Shown one piece after another: positions 42,474 through 55,791 of a stretch of DNA of 64,000 bases. The stretch lies in the NCBI RefSeq assembly GCF_013315695.1, contig NZ_CP054353.1. The stretch is one strand, 5' to 3'. The stretch's first letter is position 1; each line of letters opens with the position of its first letter. Source of the stretch: Escherichia coli. GTDB taxonomy: Bacteria; Pseudomonadota; Gammaproteobacteria; Enterobacterales; Enterobacteriaceae. The notes under the pieces were generated by a model that saw nothing but the letters and a program-made list of their open reading frames with translations, was not told the origin of the DNA and made no database searches. Both the position numbers and the translations under genes were made by a program.

Positions 42474-43162
42474 TGATACTGACCGATCCAGAATGGCAGG
42501 CGGTTTTACTAAGCCTGAAAGTTTCTTCCCTGGCTGTGCTGTTTAGCCTGCCGTTTGGGATCTTTTTTGCCTGGTTACTGGTGCGTTGCACGTTTCCGGG
42601 CAAAGCTCTGCTCGACAGCGTACTGCATCTACCGCTGGTGTTACCGCCCGTGGTCGTCGGTTACCTATTATTAGTTTCGATGGGACGGCGCGGATTTATC
42701 GGTGAACGTCTGTATGACTGGTTTGGTCTTTCTTTCGCGTTTAGCTGGCGTGGTGCGGTTCTCGCTGCCGCTGTCATGTCTTTTCCGCTGATGGTGCGGG
42801 CGATTCGTCTGGCGCTGGAAGGTGTTGATATCAAACTGGAGCAGGCCGCAAGAACGTTGGGTGCCGGGCGCTGGCGTGTCTTCTTCACTATTACCTTACC
42901 GCTGACGTTGCCGGGAATTATTGTTGGTACGGTACTGGCATTCGCTCGTTCGCTCGGTGAATTTGGCGCAACCATCACCTTTGTGTCGAACATTCCTGGT
43001 GAAACGCGAACCATTCCTTCTGCCATGTATACCCTGATCCAGACTCCCGGCGGGGAAAGTGGCGCGGCGAGACTGTGTATTATTTCTATTGCGCTGGCGA
43101 TGATCTCCCTGTTGATTTCAGAATGGCTGGCCAGAATCAGCCGTGAACGGGCGGGGCGCTAA
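42473..43162 (+). CDS. modB: molybdate ABC transporter permease
   Basis: 229 aa; start overlaps the modA stop. Confidence 0.97.
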   Translation: MILTDPEWQAVLLSLKVSSLAVLFSLPFGIFFAWLLVRCTFPGKALLDSVLHLPLVLPPVVVGYLLLVSMGRRGFIGERLYDWFGLSFAFSWRGAVLAAAVMSFPLMVRAIRLALEGVDIKLEQAARTLGAGRWRVFFTITLPLTLPGIIVGTVLAFARSLGEFGATITFVSNIPGETRTIPSAMYTLIQTPGGESGAARLCIISIALAMISLLISEWLARISRERAGR

Positions 43163-43164
43163 TC

Positions 43165-44223
43165 ATGCTGGAACTGAATTTTTCCCAGACGTTGGGCAAC
43201 CATTGCCTGACCATTAATGAAACGCTGCCCGCCAATGGCATCACCGCTATTTTTGGTGTCTCTGGTGCCGGAAAAACCTCGCTGATTAACGCCATCAGTG
43301 GGCTGACACGTCCGCAAAAAGGGCGGATTGTCCTCAATGGTCGGGTACTAAATGACGCCGATAAAGGTATCTGCCTGACGCCGGAAAAGCGTCGCGTTGG
43401 CTATGTGTTTCAGGATGCACGGCTGTTTCCGCATTATAAAGTGCGTGGCAATTTGCGCTACGGCATGGCGAAAAGCATGGTCGATCAGTTCGATAAGCTG
43501 GTGACGCTTTTAGGCATTGAACCGTTGCTTGAGCGTTTACCGGGCAGCCTTTCCGGAGGCGAAAAACAGCGCGTGGCGATTGGTCGGGCTTTGCTGACAG
43601 CACCGGAATTGCTGTTGCTGGATGAACCGCTGGCGTCACTGGATATTCCGCGTAAACGCGAACTGTTGCCTTATCTGCAACGGCTGACACGGGAAATCAA
43701 CATTCCGATGTTGTATGTCAGCCATTCGCTGGATGAGATCCTCCATCTGGCAGACAGAGTGATGGTACTGGAAAACGGTCAGGTGAAAGCCTTTGGCGCG
43801 CTGGAGGAAGTGTGGGGCAGTAGCGTGATGAATCCGTGGCTGCCGAAAGAGCAACAAAGTAGCATTCTGAAAGTGACGGTGCTTGAGCATCATCCGCATT
43901 ACGCGATGACCGCGCTGGCGCTGGGCGATCAGCATTTGTGGGTCAATAAGCTGGACGAACCGCTGCAAGCTGCGCTACGTATCCGCATTCAGGCTTCCGA
44001 TGTTTCTCTGGTTTTACAACCGCCGCAGCAAACCAGCATTCGTAACGTATTGCGGGCAAAAGTTGTTAATAGTTATGACGACAACGGCCAGGTGGAAGTG
44101 GAGCTGGAAGTCGGCGGTAAAACGCTGTGGGCGCGTATCAGCCCGTGGGCCAGGGATGAACTGGCGATCAAACCAGGCCTGTGGCTGTACGCGCAAATTA
44201 AAAGTGTGTCGATAACCGCCTGA
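43165..44223 (+). CDS. modC: molybdate ABC transporter ATPase
   Basis: 352 aa, Walker [10 protein letters not shown]-terminal Mop domain. Confidence 0.97.
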   Translation: MLELNFSQTLGNHCLTINETLPANGITAIFGVSGAGKTSLINAISGLTRPQKGRIVLNGRVLNDADKGICLTPEKRRVGYVFQDARLFPHYKVRGNLRYGMAKSMVDQFDKLVTLLGIEPLLERLPGSLSGGEKQRVAIGRALLTAPELLLLDEPLASLDIPRKRELLPYLQRLTREINIPMLYVSHSLDEILHLADRVMVLENGQVKAFGALEEVWGSSVMNPWLPKEQQSSILKVTVLEHHPHYAMTALALGDQHLWVNKLDEPLQAALRIRIQASDVSLVLQPPQQTSIRNVLRAKVVNSYDDNGQVEVELEVGGKTLWARISPWARDELAIKPGLWLYAQIKSVSITA

Positions 44224-45042
44224 TTAAATCAGGTGGCTATAAATGAACTGGGCAATGCTGTCGGTGGTGTTATCACCAATCACAATGTTGGCGCGCGCTT
44301 TTACCGCGTCATCGGCGTTGCCCATCGCCACGCCTGTACCAGCGGCTTCCAGCATACTGATATCATTAAAGTTATCGCCGAATGCCACGACGTTTTCCAT
44401 CGACCAACCTTGTGCCTCAACCCATTTCGTCAAACGTTTACCTTTGCTGTTGCCGCCGCGTGCAATATCAACCTGATCGTGCCAGGACCATTCACACTCC
44501 AGTCCCAGTTCATGTTCGACATGCTTACCAAAATGCTGCAATTGCGGCAGGTCATCGTGCGTCAGGGCGAACTTCCATACGGCGTTAACTTGTTGCGCCG
44601 TTTCAGCCAGAGAAGCGACTTGTGTGAAAGTCGGACGCTGTTCCGGCGGCAGGGTTTGCGCCCAGTTAGACGTGCGAATGACATGCCCGGTCGGGTGCTC
44701 ATAGACCATTGCATCATCGACATACATCAGACCGTGAATGTGGTGTTCATTCAGCATCTCAATGAGTTGCAGGGCTTTATTAACGGGCATTGGGTCCGCT
44801 TCCAGCACGGTTTTTGCATGATAATCATACAAATAGGTGCCATTACAGCAAATAGCAGGTGTATCCAGCGCCAGCGCCTGATAAAAAGGATGAATAGCGA
44901 CGTGATGGCGACCTGTGACGATGATTAATTGATAGCCTGCTTCGCGAGCGCGGGCCAGGGCTTCTATCGATGATGGAAGCAAGGTCTTTTTCGGGGTCAA
45001 TAAGGTGCCGTCTAAGTCGAGAGCAATCACGCGTGTGGTCAT
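44224..45042 (-). CDS. ybhA: HAD-family sugar/pyridoxal phosphatase YbhA
   Basis: 272 aa from MTTRVIALDLDGTLL. Confidence 0.93.
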   Translation of the reverse strand: MTTRVIALDLDGTLLTPKKTLLPSSIEALARAREAGYQLIIVTGRHHVAIHPFYQALALDTPAICCNGTYLYDYHAKTVLEADPMPVNKALQLIEMLNEHHIHGLMYVDDAMVYEHPTGHVIRTSNWAQTLPPEQRPTFTQVASLAETAQQVNAVWKFALTHDDLPQLQHFGKHVEHELGLECEWSWHDQVDIARGGNSKGKRLTKWVEAQGWSMENVVAFGDNFNDISMLEAAGTGVAMGNADDAVKARANIVIGDNTTDSIAQFIYSHLI

Positions 45043-45160
45043 GGCGTATTCCAGATTAAGGTTAAGAATTTTCGTCTGCGCGAATGGTACAACGATACCA
45101 CTATCGGACAAAATTCTGCGTTTTAATTCAGCATTCACCGCCAAAAGCGACTAATTTTAG

Positions 45161-46192
<1,032 letters not shown>

Positions 46193-46232
46193 CCGCTGAT
46201 TTACCCGGCGCAGTCTCTCCTGCGCCGGTGTA

Positions 46233-47187
46233 TTAACCTATCTCCTGTAACGCATGTCTCTGGCGTTCGACGATATTGGTCCACAAATTGTCTTTATCGT
46301 CAGTCCACAAATTAATCAGCAAGGCAAAAAAGCGTTCAGCTGCCGGAGAAAGCACGGCATCTTTGCGGCGAATAATCCCCAATGTCCGACGTATAACGGG
46401 TTCCACCAGTGGGATACCAATAATCGAAGAATAGGGCGCATGGGGCATTGCCAGGCCTGGAAGCGCCGAAATCCCCAGTCCTGCCTCCACCAGTCCTAAT
46501 GACGTCGAAAGATGACGCACTTCGTAAAACCAGTCCAGCTTCCAGGGCTTGTCGGCTAGCTGTTGTTCTATCAACAGTCGGTTGCCGCTGGAGGAGCGTA
46601 CGCCAATCATTTTGTAACCCACTAACTCCTGCCATTCTACAAGCTGCTTTTTGGCCAATGGATGGTCACGCCGACAGGCCAGCACGAACGGCTCGTTGAC
46701 CAGTGGGGTAAAATCGATGGATGAATTTGTGACGTTGTTCATGTTTATGCCAAAGTCTGATTCGTTACACAGCACCGATTCCATGCAATTATTCGTGCCT
46801 TGTTCCAGAATCCGCACTTTAATATTGGGATACAGCTCATTAAATTTACCGATTGCCAGCGGTAAAAAATAAAATACTGCGGTCGGAATACACGCTAACG
46901 TCACCATACCACGATGATAAGCATTCATATCACGAATATTAAAAAGTGTTTCATCGAATTTTTTTTATTAATTCCCGCGCCTCCGGGAGCAACCTTTTTC
47001 CTGCTTTTGTTAACGTAACCTTGCGAGTTGTACGCTCAAATAGTTGGATATGTAAATCTTCCTCCATCTTTTTTATTCTTCGCGTTAATGCAGGTTGCGT
47101 AATATTGAGTAATTTAGCGGCATTGTTAAATGAACTGGACTCTGCCAGTATGACAAATGCCTTCATACTTGATAATTCATGCTTCAT
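46233..47187 (-). pseudogene. ybhD: LysR-family regulator YbhD interrupted by a +1 frameshift in a homopolymer
   Basis: HTH-bearing N-terminal ORF ends ...ELIKKIR* at 46951; the other frame reads KKFDETLFNIRD straight into the 231-aa ORF from 46928; A8/T8 run at 46959-46966; removing one base gives a 317-aa ORF. Confidence 0.75.
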
Positions 47188-47370
47188 TATTACTCCGGAA
47201 AATGGAAGCGTCGATTTTGGGTGGCTGACCGTTAAAAATTTTAATTGCATTTAGCCAACTTAAATTAATGAAAAAATGTTATTAATCGTTGAGCTAAAGT
47301 CATTAGAGATGCTTTGCCCTTAATGTAACCATATCGCAATAAGTTATGTTTTTAAATTGAGGGCATTATT

Positions 47371-48423
47371 ATGAAAAAAATACCCTGCGTGATGATGCGA
47401 GGTGGAACCTCGAGGGGCGCGTTCCTGTTAGCGGAACATCTACCCGAAGATCAAACGCAGCGCGATAAAATATTGATGGCAATTATGGGTTCCGGTAACG
47501 ATCTGGAAATTGACGGTATTGGCGGCGGTAATCCGCTGACCAGTAAAGTCGCCATTATTAGCCGCTCCAGCGATCCGCGTGCAGATGTCGATTATCTGTT
47601 TGCTCAAGTTATCGTCCATGAGCAACGTGTCGATACCACGCCTAACTGCGGCAATATGCTGTCTGGCGTTGGGGCATTCGCCATTGAAAATGGTTTGATT
47701 GCAGCGACTTCGCCAGTTACCCGCGTACGTATCCGCAACGTCAATACGGGTACGTTCATCGAAGCTGATGTGCAAACGCCAAATGGTGTTGTCGAGTACG
47801 AGGGTAGCGCAAGAATTGACGGCGTACCGGGTACTGCCGCACCGGTTGCGCTCACTTTCCTGAATGCCGCCGGAACCAAAACCGGAAAAGTCTTCCCGAC
47901 AGATAATCAGATTGATTATTTTGACGATGTCCCGGTGACCTGTATCGATATGGCGATGCCAATTGTCATTATTCCTGCTGAATATCTGGGAAAAACAGGC
48001 TATGAATTACCGGCAGAGCTGGATGCCGACAAAGCATTATTAGCCCGCATTGAATCTATCCGTCTACAAGCGGGTAAAGCAATGGGCTTAGGCGATGTCA
48101 GTAATATGGTTATCCCTAAACCTGTACTTATTTCTCCAGCGCAGAAAGGCGGGGCAATTAATGTGCGTTATTTTATGCCGCATTCTTGCCATCGCGCTTT
48201 GGCGATAACCGGTGCTATTGCCATTTCCAGTAGTTGTGCATTGGAAGGCACCGTCACCCGACAAATCGTCCCTTCTGTAGGATACGGCAATATCAATATT
48301 GAACACCCCAGTGGTGCGCTCGACGTTCATTTAAGTAATGAAGGTCAGGATGCCACGACGTTACGCGCATCTGTTATTCGGACGACCAGAAAAATATTTT
48401 CCGGTGAAGTTTATCTTCCCTGA
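47371..48423 (+). CDS. ybhH: PrpF/AcnD-accessory family isomerase-like protein YbhH
   Basis: 350 aa, divergent from ybhD. Confidence 0.85.
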   Translation: MKKIPCVMMRGGTSRGAFLLAEHLPEDQTQRDKILMAIMGSGNDLEIDGIGGGNPLTSKVAIISRSSDPRADVDYLFAQVIVHEQRVDTTPNCGNMLSGVGAFAIENGLIAATSPVTRVRIRNVNTGTFIEADVQTPNGVVEYEGSARIDGVPGTAAPVALTFLNAAGTKTGKVFPTDNQIDYFDDVPVTCIDMAMPIVIIPAEYLGKTGYELPAELDADKALLARIESIRLQAGKAMGLGDVSNMVIPKPVLISPAQKGGAINVRYFMPHSCHRALAITGAIAISSSCALEGTVTRQIVPSVGYGNINIEHPSGALDVHLSNEGQDATTLRASVIRTTRKIFSGEVYLP

Positions 48424-48498
48424 AAAATTTTGTTGTCGTGATAATGACAATCAATAAAGGAATTCTGTATGAGTCATACAGAAAGAACAGGATATTAA

Positions 48499-49932
48499 AT
48501 GAATAAGAAATCGTTATGGAAGCTAATTCTGATATTAGCAATCCCATGTATTATTGGCTTTATGCCAGCTCCAGCAGGATTAAGCGAACTGGCGTGGGTG
48601 CTTTTTGGTATTTACCTGGCGGCCATTGTGGGGCTGGTTATCAAGCCTTTCCCGGAACCTGTCGTACTGTTAATTGCCGTTGCTGCCTCTATGGTGGTGG
48701 TCGGTAACTTATCCGACGGTGCGTTTAAGACCACCGCCGTATTAAGCGGTTACTCTTCCGGTACCACCTGGCTGGTGTTTTCTGCGTTTACTTTAAGCGC
48801 CGCGTTTGTAACCACAGGCTTAGGTAAACGTATTGCCTATCTGCTGATTGGTAAAATTGGTAGCACTACCCTGGGTCTGGGTTACGTTACGGTATTTCTC
48901 GATCTGGTACTGGCTCCGGCAACACCGTCTAACACCGCGCGTGCGGGCGGCATTGTGTTACCGATCATCAACAGCGTGGCGGTGGCTTTGGGGTCAGAAC
49001 CGGAAAAAAGTCCGCGTCGTGTCGGACATTACCTGATGATGTCCATTTACATGGTCACCAAAACCACCAGCTATATGTTCTTTACCGCAATGGCGGGGAA
49101 CATTCTGGCGCTGAAAATGATCAACGACATTCTGCACCTGCAAATTAGCTGGGGTGGATGGGCGCTAGCCGCCGGATTGCCTGGCATCATTATGCTGCTG
49201 GTCACCCCGCTGGTGATTTACACCATGTATCCACCAGAAATTAAGAAGGTGGATAACAAAACCATCGCTAAAGCGGGCCTTGCCGAACTGGGACCGATGA
49301 AAATCCGCGAAAAAATGCTGCTCGGTGTCTTTGTGCTGGCGCTGCTGGGCTGGATTTTCAGTAAGTCTCTGGGGGTTGATGAATCCACCGTGGCAATCGT
49401 TGTTATGGCAACTATGCTGCTGCTGGGTATCGTTACCTGGGAAGACGTGGTTAAAAATAAAGGCGGCTGGAATACCTTAATCTGGTACGGCGGTATTATC
49501 GGCTTAAGCTCCTTATTATCGAAAGTTAAATTCTTCGAATGGTTAGCTGAAGTCTTTAAAAATAACCTGGCATTTGATGGTCACGGTAACGTTGCTTTCT
49601 TCGTTATTATTTTCCTCAGCATCATCGTGCGTTATTTCTTCGCTTCTGGTAGTGCCTATATCGTTGCCATGTTACCGGTATTTGCCATGCTGGCGAACGT
49701 CTCCGGCGCACCGTTAATGTTAACCGCGCTGGCACTGTTGTTCTCTAACTCCTATGGCGGCATGGTTACTCACTATGGCGGCGCGGCAGGTCCGGTCATC
49801 TTTGGCGTGGGTTACAACGATATTAAATCCTGGTGGTTGGTCGGTGCGGTACTGACGATATTAACCTTCCTGGTGCATATCACCCTCGGCGTGTGGTGGT
49901 GGAATATGCTGATCGGCTGGAACATGCTGTAA
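48499..49932 (+). CDS. ybhI: DASS-family anion permease YbhI
   Basis: 477 aa polytopic membrane protein. Confidence 0.9.
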   Translation: MNKKSLWKLILILAIPCIIGFMPAPAGLSELAWVLFGIYLAAIVGLVIKPFPEPVVLLIAVAASMVVVGNLSDGAFKTTAVLSGYSSGTTWLVFSAFTLSAAFVTTGLGKRIAYLLIGKIGSTTLGLGYVTVFLDLVLAPATPSNTARAGGIVLPIINSVAVALGSEPEKSPRRVGHYLMMSIYMVTKTTSYMFFTAMAGNILALKMINDILHLQISWGGWALAAGLPGIIMLLVTPLVIYTMYPPEIKKVDNKTIAKAGLAELGPMKIREKMLLGVFVLALLGWIFSKSLGVDESTVAIVVMATMLLLGIVTWEDVVKNKGGWNTLIWYGGIIGLSSLLSKVKFFEWLAEVFKNNLAFDGHGNVAFFVIIFLSIIVRYFFASGSAYIVAMLPVFAMLANVSGAPLMLTALALLFSNSYGGMVTHYGGAAGPVIFGVGYNDIKSWWLVGAVLTILTFLVHITLGVWWWNMLIGWNML

Positions 49933-49933
49933 A

Positions 49934-50062
49934 TATACTCGTCATACTTCAAGTTGCATGTGCTGCGTCTGCGTTCGCTCACCCCAGTCACTTACTTATG
50001 TAAGCTCCTGGGGATTCACTCGCTTGTCGCCTTCCTGCAACTCGAATTATTTAGAGTATATC
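49934..50062. repeat. ERIC/IRU intergenic repeat
   Basis: Contains atgtaagctcctggggattcac (ERIC1R) and cgctcaccccagtcacttactt (reverse complement of ERIC2). Confidence 0.9.
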
Positions 50063-50111
50063 CATTTATTATCTTTCTGCGCACTTCACGGTTCGCAGAT
50101 ATCTGGAGCAT

Positions 50112-52376
50112 TTGATGATCAAGTTATCTGAAAAAGGCGTGTTTCTCGCCAGTAATAACGAAATAATTGCCGAAGAACATTTCACCGGCGAAATTAAAAA
50201 AGAAGAAGCCAAAAAAGGCACTATTGCCTGGTCTATTCTCTCTTCTCATAATACGTCCGGAAATATGGATAAACTTAAAATTAAGTTTGATTCATTAGCC
50301 TCTCACGATATTACCTTTGTTGGTATTGTACAGACCGCTAAAGCGTCCGGTATGGAACGTTTCCCGCTGCCGTATGTGCTGACCAACTGCCATAACTCAC
50401 TCTGCGCCGTCGGCGGCACTATTAACGGTGATGACCATGTTTTTGGTTTATCGGCGGCCCAGCGTTATGGTGGTATTTTTGTGCCTCCGCACATTGCGGT
50501 CATCCATCAATATATGCGTGAGATGATGGCAGGCGGCGGCAAAATGATCCTCGGGTCAGACAGCCATACCCGTTACGGTGCATTAGGGACAATGGCAGTC
50601 GGTGAGGGCGGCGGTGAGTTGGTAAAACAGCTGCTTAATGACACCTGGGATATCGACTATCCGGGCGTGGTTGCGGTGCATCTGACCGGAAAACCAGCGC
50701 CGTATGTGGGGCCACAGGATGTGGCGCTGGCTATCATCGGTGCCGTGTTCAAAAACGGCTACGTCAAAAACAAAGTGATGGAATTCGTAGGTCCCGGTGT
50801 TGCTGCGCTCTCTACCGATTTCCGTAACAGCGTTGACGTGATGACCACTGAAACGACCTGTTTAAGTTCTGTCTGGCAAACCGATGAAGAAGTCCATAAC
50901 TGGCTGGCGCTGCACGGTCGCGGCCAGGATTACTGCCAACTTAACCCTCAACCAATGGCGTACTACGATGGCTGCATCAGCGTTGATTTAAGCGCCATCA
51001 AACCAATGATTGCGCTGCCATTCCACCCGAGCAACGTGTATGAAATCGACACGCTGAACCAGAACCTGACCGACATTCTGCGTGAGATTGAAATTGAGTC
51101 CGAACGCGTGGCGCACGGTAAAGCCAAATTCTCGCTGCTGGATAAAGTGGAAAATGGTCGCCTGAAAGTGCAGCAGGGGATTATCGCGGGCTGTTCTGGC
51201 GGTAACTACGAAAACGTCATCGCGGCGGCGAATGTACTGCGCGGTCAATCCTGTGGCAATGACACCTTCTCGTTAGCGGTTTACCCGTCATCACAGCCCG
51301 TGTTTATGGATCTCGCCAAAAAAGGTGTGGTAGCAGATTTGATTGGCGCAGGCGCAATCATCAGAACCGCGTTCTGCGGCCCATGCTTTGGCGCGGGCGA
51401 TACGCCAATCAACAACGGTTTGAGTATTCGCCACACCACGCGAAACTTCCCGAATCGCGAAGGCTCTAAGCCAGCCAATGGGCAGATGTCAGCGGTGGCG
51501 TTGATGGACGCTCGTTCTATCGCTGCGACTGCGGCAAACGGTGGCTATTTAACCTCTGCCAGCGAGCTGGATTGCTGGGACAACGTGCCGGAGTACGCCT
51601 TCGATGTAACGCCGTATAAAAACCGTGTTTATCAGGGCTTTGTGAAAGGGGCGACCCAGCAACCGCTGATTTACGGACCGAACATTAAAGACTGGCCGGA
51701 ATTGGGTGCGCTGACTGACAATATCGTCCTCAAAGTGTGCTCGAAGATTCTCGACGAAGTGACCACCACCGACGAACTGATTCCTTCCGGTGAAACCTCT
51801 TCTTATCGTTCAAATCCGATTGGTCTGGCGGAGTTTACCCTGTCACGCCGCGATCCAGGTTATGTTGGCAGAAGTAAAGCGACTGCTGAGCTGGAAAATC
51901 AGCGTCTGGCGGGAAATGTCAGCGAGCTGACAGAGGTGTTTGCGCGCATTAAGCAGATTGCTGGTCAGGAGCATATTGATCCGCTGCAAACTGAAATTGG
52001 CAGCATGGTCTATGCGGTGAAACCAGGCGATGGTTCTGCGCGTGAGCAGGCGGCGAGCTGTCAGCGTGTGATTGGCGGTCTGGCGAATATTGCCGAGGAG
52101 TACGCGACTAAACGCTACCGTTCTAACGTCATCAACTGGGGGATGTTACCGCTGCAAATGGCGGAAGCACCGAACTTTGACGTAGGTGATTACATTTACA
52201 TCCCTGGCATTAAAGCAGCGCTGGATAATCCGGGTACGACGTTTAAAGGTTATGTGATCCATGAAGATGCGCCGGTAACAGAGATTACGCTCTATATGGA
52301 AAGTCTGACTGCTGAAGAGCGCGAGATTATCAAGGCGGGTAGTTTGATTAACTTCAATAAAAACCGTCAGATGTAA
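50112..52376 (+). CDS. ybhJ: aconitase-family protein YbhJ
   Basis: 754 aa (753 if the second ATG is used); aconitase-family call is from recalled K-12 synteny and length, not a motif I can point to. Confidence 0.9.
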   Translation: MMIKLSEKGVFLASNNEIIAEEHFTGEIKKEEAKKGTIAWSILSSHNTSGNMDKLKIKFDSLASHDITFVGIVQTAKASGMERFPLPYVLTNCHNSLCAVGGTINGDDHVFGLSAAQRYGGIFVPPHIAVIHQYMREMMAGGGKMILGSDSHTRYGALGTMAVGEGGGELVKQLLNDTWDIDYPGVVAVHLTGKPAPYVGPQDVALAIIGAVFKNGYVKNKVMEFVGPGVAALSTDFRNSVDVMTTETTCLSSVWQTDEEVHNWLALHGRGQDYCQLNPQPMAYYDGCISVDLSAIKPMIALPFHPSNVYEIDTLNQNLTDILREIEIESERVAHGKAKFSLLDKVENGRLKVQQGIIAGCSGGNYENVIAAANVLRGQSCGNDTFSLAVYPSSQPVFMDLAKKGVVADLIGAGAIIRTAFCGPCFGAGDTPINNGLSIRHTTRNFPNREGSKPANGQMSAVALMDARSIAATAANGGYLTSASELDCWDNVPEYAFDVTPYKNRVYQGFVKGATQQPLIYGPNIKDWPELGALTDNIVLKVCSKILDEVTTTDELIPSGETSSYRSNPIGLAEFTLSRRDPGYVGRSKATAELENQRLAGNVSELTEVFARIKQIAGQEHIDPLQTEIGSMVYAVKPGDGSAREQAASCQRVIGGLANIAEEYATKRYRSNVINWGMLPLQMAEAPNFDVGDYIYIPGIKAALDNPGTTFKGYVIHEDAPVTEITLYMESLTAEEREIIKAGSLINFNKNRQM

Positions 52377-52408
52377 AAAAAGGCGCTATGAAATATAGCG
52401 CCCTGTTT
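52375..52408. terminator. bidirectional terminator between ybhJ and ybhC
   Basis: aaaaaaa ggcgctat gaaa tatagcgcc ctgttt. Confidence 0.75.
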
Positions 52409-52445
52409 CATTAACCCGATGGTTCAGACTATCGGGTTTTCTTTT

Positions 52446-53729
52446 TTACTTCTTCGCCTCTGCAACCACTTTACTACCCACGCCGCGGTTATTGTATTCC
52501 CACATGCGGTTGTAGTTAGTGTCATTCAGATTGCGCTGTACTTCGTCGTTATCATCAACGCTGCCGGTGTTACCCGCAAACGGACGATTAGAGATCACCG
52601 CATCAGCCCACGGTTTGGCTGTGTTAAAACCTTCGTTGATGGCGCTATCACGGATCACTACCTGACCGTTGGTATTGGCATCAACATCCAGCGAGCGGCC
52701 CAGTTGCGCCACGCCATCACCGGAAGCATTGAAACGGCTGTTTACGGCGAGGAAACCGTAGTAAATGTTGGACAGCGTAGCCGGTGCAAACACATACGCT
52801 TCTTGCTGGGTACGGGAGTTCACCACGCGGAATTCGGTGTTATCGAACACCACTGCGCCGCGACCAGAAACGATATCCACATCCCCTTCAATGTAACTGT
52901 TGGTCACCAGAGTACGCGGCTGACGGTTGGTTTCCAGACGGTTTTGCACACCACTGTTGGTGACAAAGAAGGTATTCTGACGACCGAGAATGTTGACGTT
53001 ATTGATCTGCACTTTGTCGCCATCAGTACGCAGTGCCACCGCCGGATGGTTACCCGCATCTACGCTATCGCCCAGCGTGTTTTCGATGGTCAGGTTTTGC
53101 AGTTGCAGGCCATTGTTTTGTGACCAGAAGACCGCAGAGCAGAGAACACCGATACTATCGCTGCGTTTACTCTGGCAGCTATCGTACATATACCACGCCG
53201 GTTTACCTGGCATATATTTGCCGCGCGGGTTGACGTCGTGACGCCAGTCGGCAGGGCTCATGCCACCATCAAGGGAAAGCCCAATCTTCACATCAATCGG
53301 TTTTTCACCTGTACCGTACAGAGTAATTCCACCCGGAGCGGCAGGGACATACACCGTTCCCTGATACTCACCAGGCATCACGGCAATATACTGGCGCTTG
53401 TTGGTACGCTTGATAATTGCCGCATCTACCGCCGCCTGAATCGTGGTATGCGTTACACCTTGAGTACCCGCCGGGCCGACAACAAAGTCAGGTTGTGCAG
53501 GCAGGGTAATCGGGGAAGGATTCCACGCTGCAGCACCTGGTGTCAGGGATGCAAAATAGTGTTGAGCATCGAAATTCTGCGCTTCTTTTGCCGACAGAAT
53601 CGGGCGAGAAGAGGTACCAGGCGCGGTTTGATCAGAAGGACGTTGATCGGGCGGTGTTGAGCTACAGGCGGTCAGCGTCACGCCAAAAGCCAATGCCAGC
53701 GCCAGACGGGAAACTGAAAATGTGTTCAC
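52446..53729 (-). CDS. ybhC: pectinesterase-family outer membrane lipoprotein YbhC
   Basis: 427 aa with lipobox LTACSS. Confidence 0.9.
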   Translation of the reverse strand: MNTFSVSRLALALAFGVTLTACSSTPPDQRPSDQTAPGTSSRPILSAKEAQNFDAQHYFASLTPGAAAWNPSPITLPAQPDFVVGPAGTQGVTHTTIQAAVDAAIIKRTNKRQYIAVMPGEYQGTVYVPAAPGGITLYGTGEKPIDVKIGLSLDGGMSPADWRHDVNPRGKYMPGKPAWYMYDSCQSKRSDSIGVLCSAVFWSQNNGLQLQNLTIENTLGDSVDAGNHPAVALRTDGDKVQINNVNILGRQNTFFVTNSGVQNRLETNRQPRTLVTNSYIEGDVDIVSGRGAVVFDNTEFRVVNSRTQQEAYVFAPATLSNIYYGFLAVNSRFNASGDGVAQLGRSLDVDANTNGQVVIRDSAINEGFNTAKPWADAVISNRPFAGNTGSVDDNDEVQRNLNDTNYNRMWEYNNRGVGSKVVAEAKK

Positions 53730-53880
53730 AGGTTGCTCCGGGCTATGAAATAGAAAAATGAATCCGTTGAAGCCTGCTTTTTTATACTAACTTTAGCGAA
53801 ACGGGAAGGTAAAAAGACAAAAAGTTGTTTTTAATACCTTTAAGTGATACCAGATGGCATTGCGCCATCTGGCAGAGTGA

Positions 53881-54357
53881 TTAACTAAACATCGCAGTAA
53901 TCGAGGCTCTCGCCAGAGAGTGAAAATGAACGTTAAACCCGACCATCGCGCCGCTGGCACCTTCATCGACATCAATACGTTCTACATCCAGCGCGTGAAC
54001 GGTAAAAATGTAGCGATGGGTTTCGCCTTTCGGCGGCGCTGCACCATCGTACCCGGTTTTACCAAAGTCGGTACGCGTCTGCAAAACGCCGTCTGGCATT
54101 GCTACCAGACCAGAGCCAAACCCTTGCGGTAATACGCGGGTATCCGCGGGTAAATTAACAACTACCCAGTGCCACCAGCCGGAGCCAGTTGGCGCATCCG
54201 GGTCGTAGCAGGTGACAACAAAACTTTTCGTTCCCACAGGAACATCATCCCACGCCAGATGCGGTGAAATATTATCGCCATCGTAACCCATGCCGTTAAA
54301 GACATGACGATGCGGCAGCTTATCGCCATCGCGTAAATCATTACTGATGAGTTTCAT
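53881..54357 (-). CDS. ybhB: PEBP-family protein YbhB
   Basis: 158 aa with conserved DPDAP...G..H motif. Confidence 0.9.
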   Translation of the reverse strand: MKLISNDLRDGDKLPHRHVFNGMGYDGDNISPHLAWDDVPVGTKSFVVTCYDPDAPTGSGWWHWVVVNLPADTRVLPQGFGSGLVAMPDGVLQTRTDFGKTGYDGAAPPKGETHRYIFTVHALDVERIDVDEGASGAMVGFNVHFHSLARASITAMFS

Positions 54358-54415
54358 GAGCCCTCCTTTCTTGTTTGCAGAAAGTGTAGCCAGAAACCCT
54401 CACTCTGACTTCCCG

Positions 54416-55705
54416 TTATTGGCAAAAAAATGTTTCATCCTGCACCGCACGATTAACCGCTGCGGTCAGACGCTGCAACTGTTGCGGGAGAATAATATAG
54501 GGCGGCATCAGGTAAATCAGTTTGCCAAAAGGCCGGATCCAGACACCCTGTTCGACAAAGAATTTTTGCAGCGCTGCCATATTCACCGGACGAGTGGTTT
54601 CGACCACGCCGATTGCCCCCAGTACGCGCACATCGGCAACCATTTCGGCGTCACAGGCGGGGGCAAGTTGCTCGCGTAGCTGCCCTTCAATAGCCGCCAC
54701 CTGATGCTGCCAGTCGCCAGATTCGAGAATCGCCAGGCTGGCGTTTGCTGCTGCGCAGGCCAGCGGATTGCCCATAAAAGTTGGCCCATGCATAAAGCAG
54801 CCGGCTTCGCCGTTACTGATGGTTTCCGCAACCTCGCGCGTGGTGAGCGTGGCGGAAAGGGTCATTGTGCCGCCGGTTAAGGCTTTACCGAGACACAAAA
54901 TATCCGGCGCGATTTCTGCATGTTCACAGGCAAACAGTTTGCCGGTACGACCAAATCCGGTGGCGATCTCGTCGGCAATCAGCAAGATACCTTCGCGATC
55001 GCACATTTTGCGGATTCGTTTTAACCATTCCGGATGGTACATGCGCATCCCGCCTGCGCCCTGGACAATCGGTTCAATGATCACTGCGGCGATTTCATGA
55101 CGATGCGCCGCCATCAGGCGGGCAAAGCCCACCATATCGCGTTCATCCCATTCACCATCCAGGCGGCTTTGCGGGGCGGGAGCAAACAAGTTTTCTGGCA
55201 GATAGCCTTTCCACAGGCTGTGCATTGAGTTGTCCGGATCGCACACCGACATCGCGCCAAAGGTATCGCCATGATAACCATTGCGGAAGGTCAGAAAACG
55301 CTGGCGCGCTTCGCCTTTGGCCTGCCAGTACTGCAACGCCATTTTCATCGCCACTTCTACCGCTACGGAGCCGGAGTCCGCGAGAAAAACGCACTCCAGC
55401 GGTTGCGGCGTCATTGCCACCAATTTGCGGCACAGCTCAATGGCGGGCGCATGGGTGATACCGCCAAACATCACATGCGACATAGCATCAATTTGCGATT
55501 TCATCGCCGCATTAAGCTGCGGGTGATTGTAACCGTGGATCGCCGCCCACCAGGACGACATACCGTCAACAAGGCGTCTGCCGTCAGACAAAATTAGCTC
55601 GCAACCTTCGGCGCTCGCCACCGGATAAACCGGTAGCGGGGAGGTCATGGATGTGTATGGGTGCCAGATATGGCGTTGGTCAAAGGCAAGATCGTCCGTT
55701 GTCAT
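54416..55705 (-). CDS. bioA: adenosylmethionine-8-amino-7-oxononanoate aminotransferase
   Basis: 429 aa from [19 protein letters not shown]. Confidence 0.97.
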   Translation of the reverse strand: MTTDDLAFDQRHIWHPYTSMTSPLPVYPVASAEGCELILSDGRRLVDGMSSWWAAIHGYNHPQLNAAMKSQIDAMSHVMFGGITHAPAIELCRKLVAMTPQPLECVFLADSGSVAVEVAMKMALQYWQAKGEARQRFLTFRNGYHGDTFGAMSVCDPDNSMHSLWKGYLPENLFAPAPQSRLDGEWDERDMVGFARLMAAHRHEIAAVIIEPIVQGAGGMRMYHPEWLKRIRKMCDREGILLIADEIATGFGRTGKLFACEHAEIAPDILCLGKALTGGTMTLSATLTTREVAETISNGEAGCFMHGPTFMGNPLACAAANASLAILESGDWQHQVAAIEGQLREQLAPACDAEMVADVRVLGAIGVVETTRPVNMAALQKFFVEQGVWIRPFGKLIYLMPPYIILPQQLQRLTAAVNRAVQDETFFCQ

Positions 55706-55713
55706 AATCGACT

Positions 55714-55747
55714 TGTAAACCAAATTGAAAAGATTTAGGTTTACGAG
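55714..55747. promoter_or_regulatory. bio operator (BirA site) between divergent bioA and bioBFCD
   Basis: ttgtaaaccaaattgaaaagatttaggtttacgag, imperfect palindrome. Confidence 0.8.
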
Positions 55748-55791
55748 TCTACACCGAATTAACAACAAAAAACACGTTTTGGAGAAGCCCC

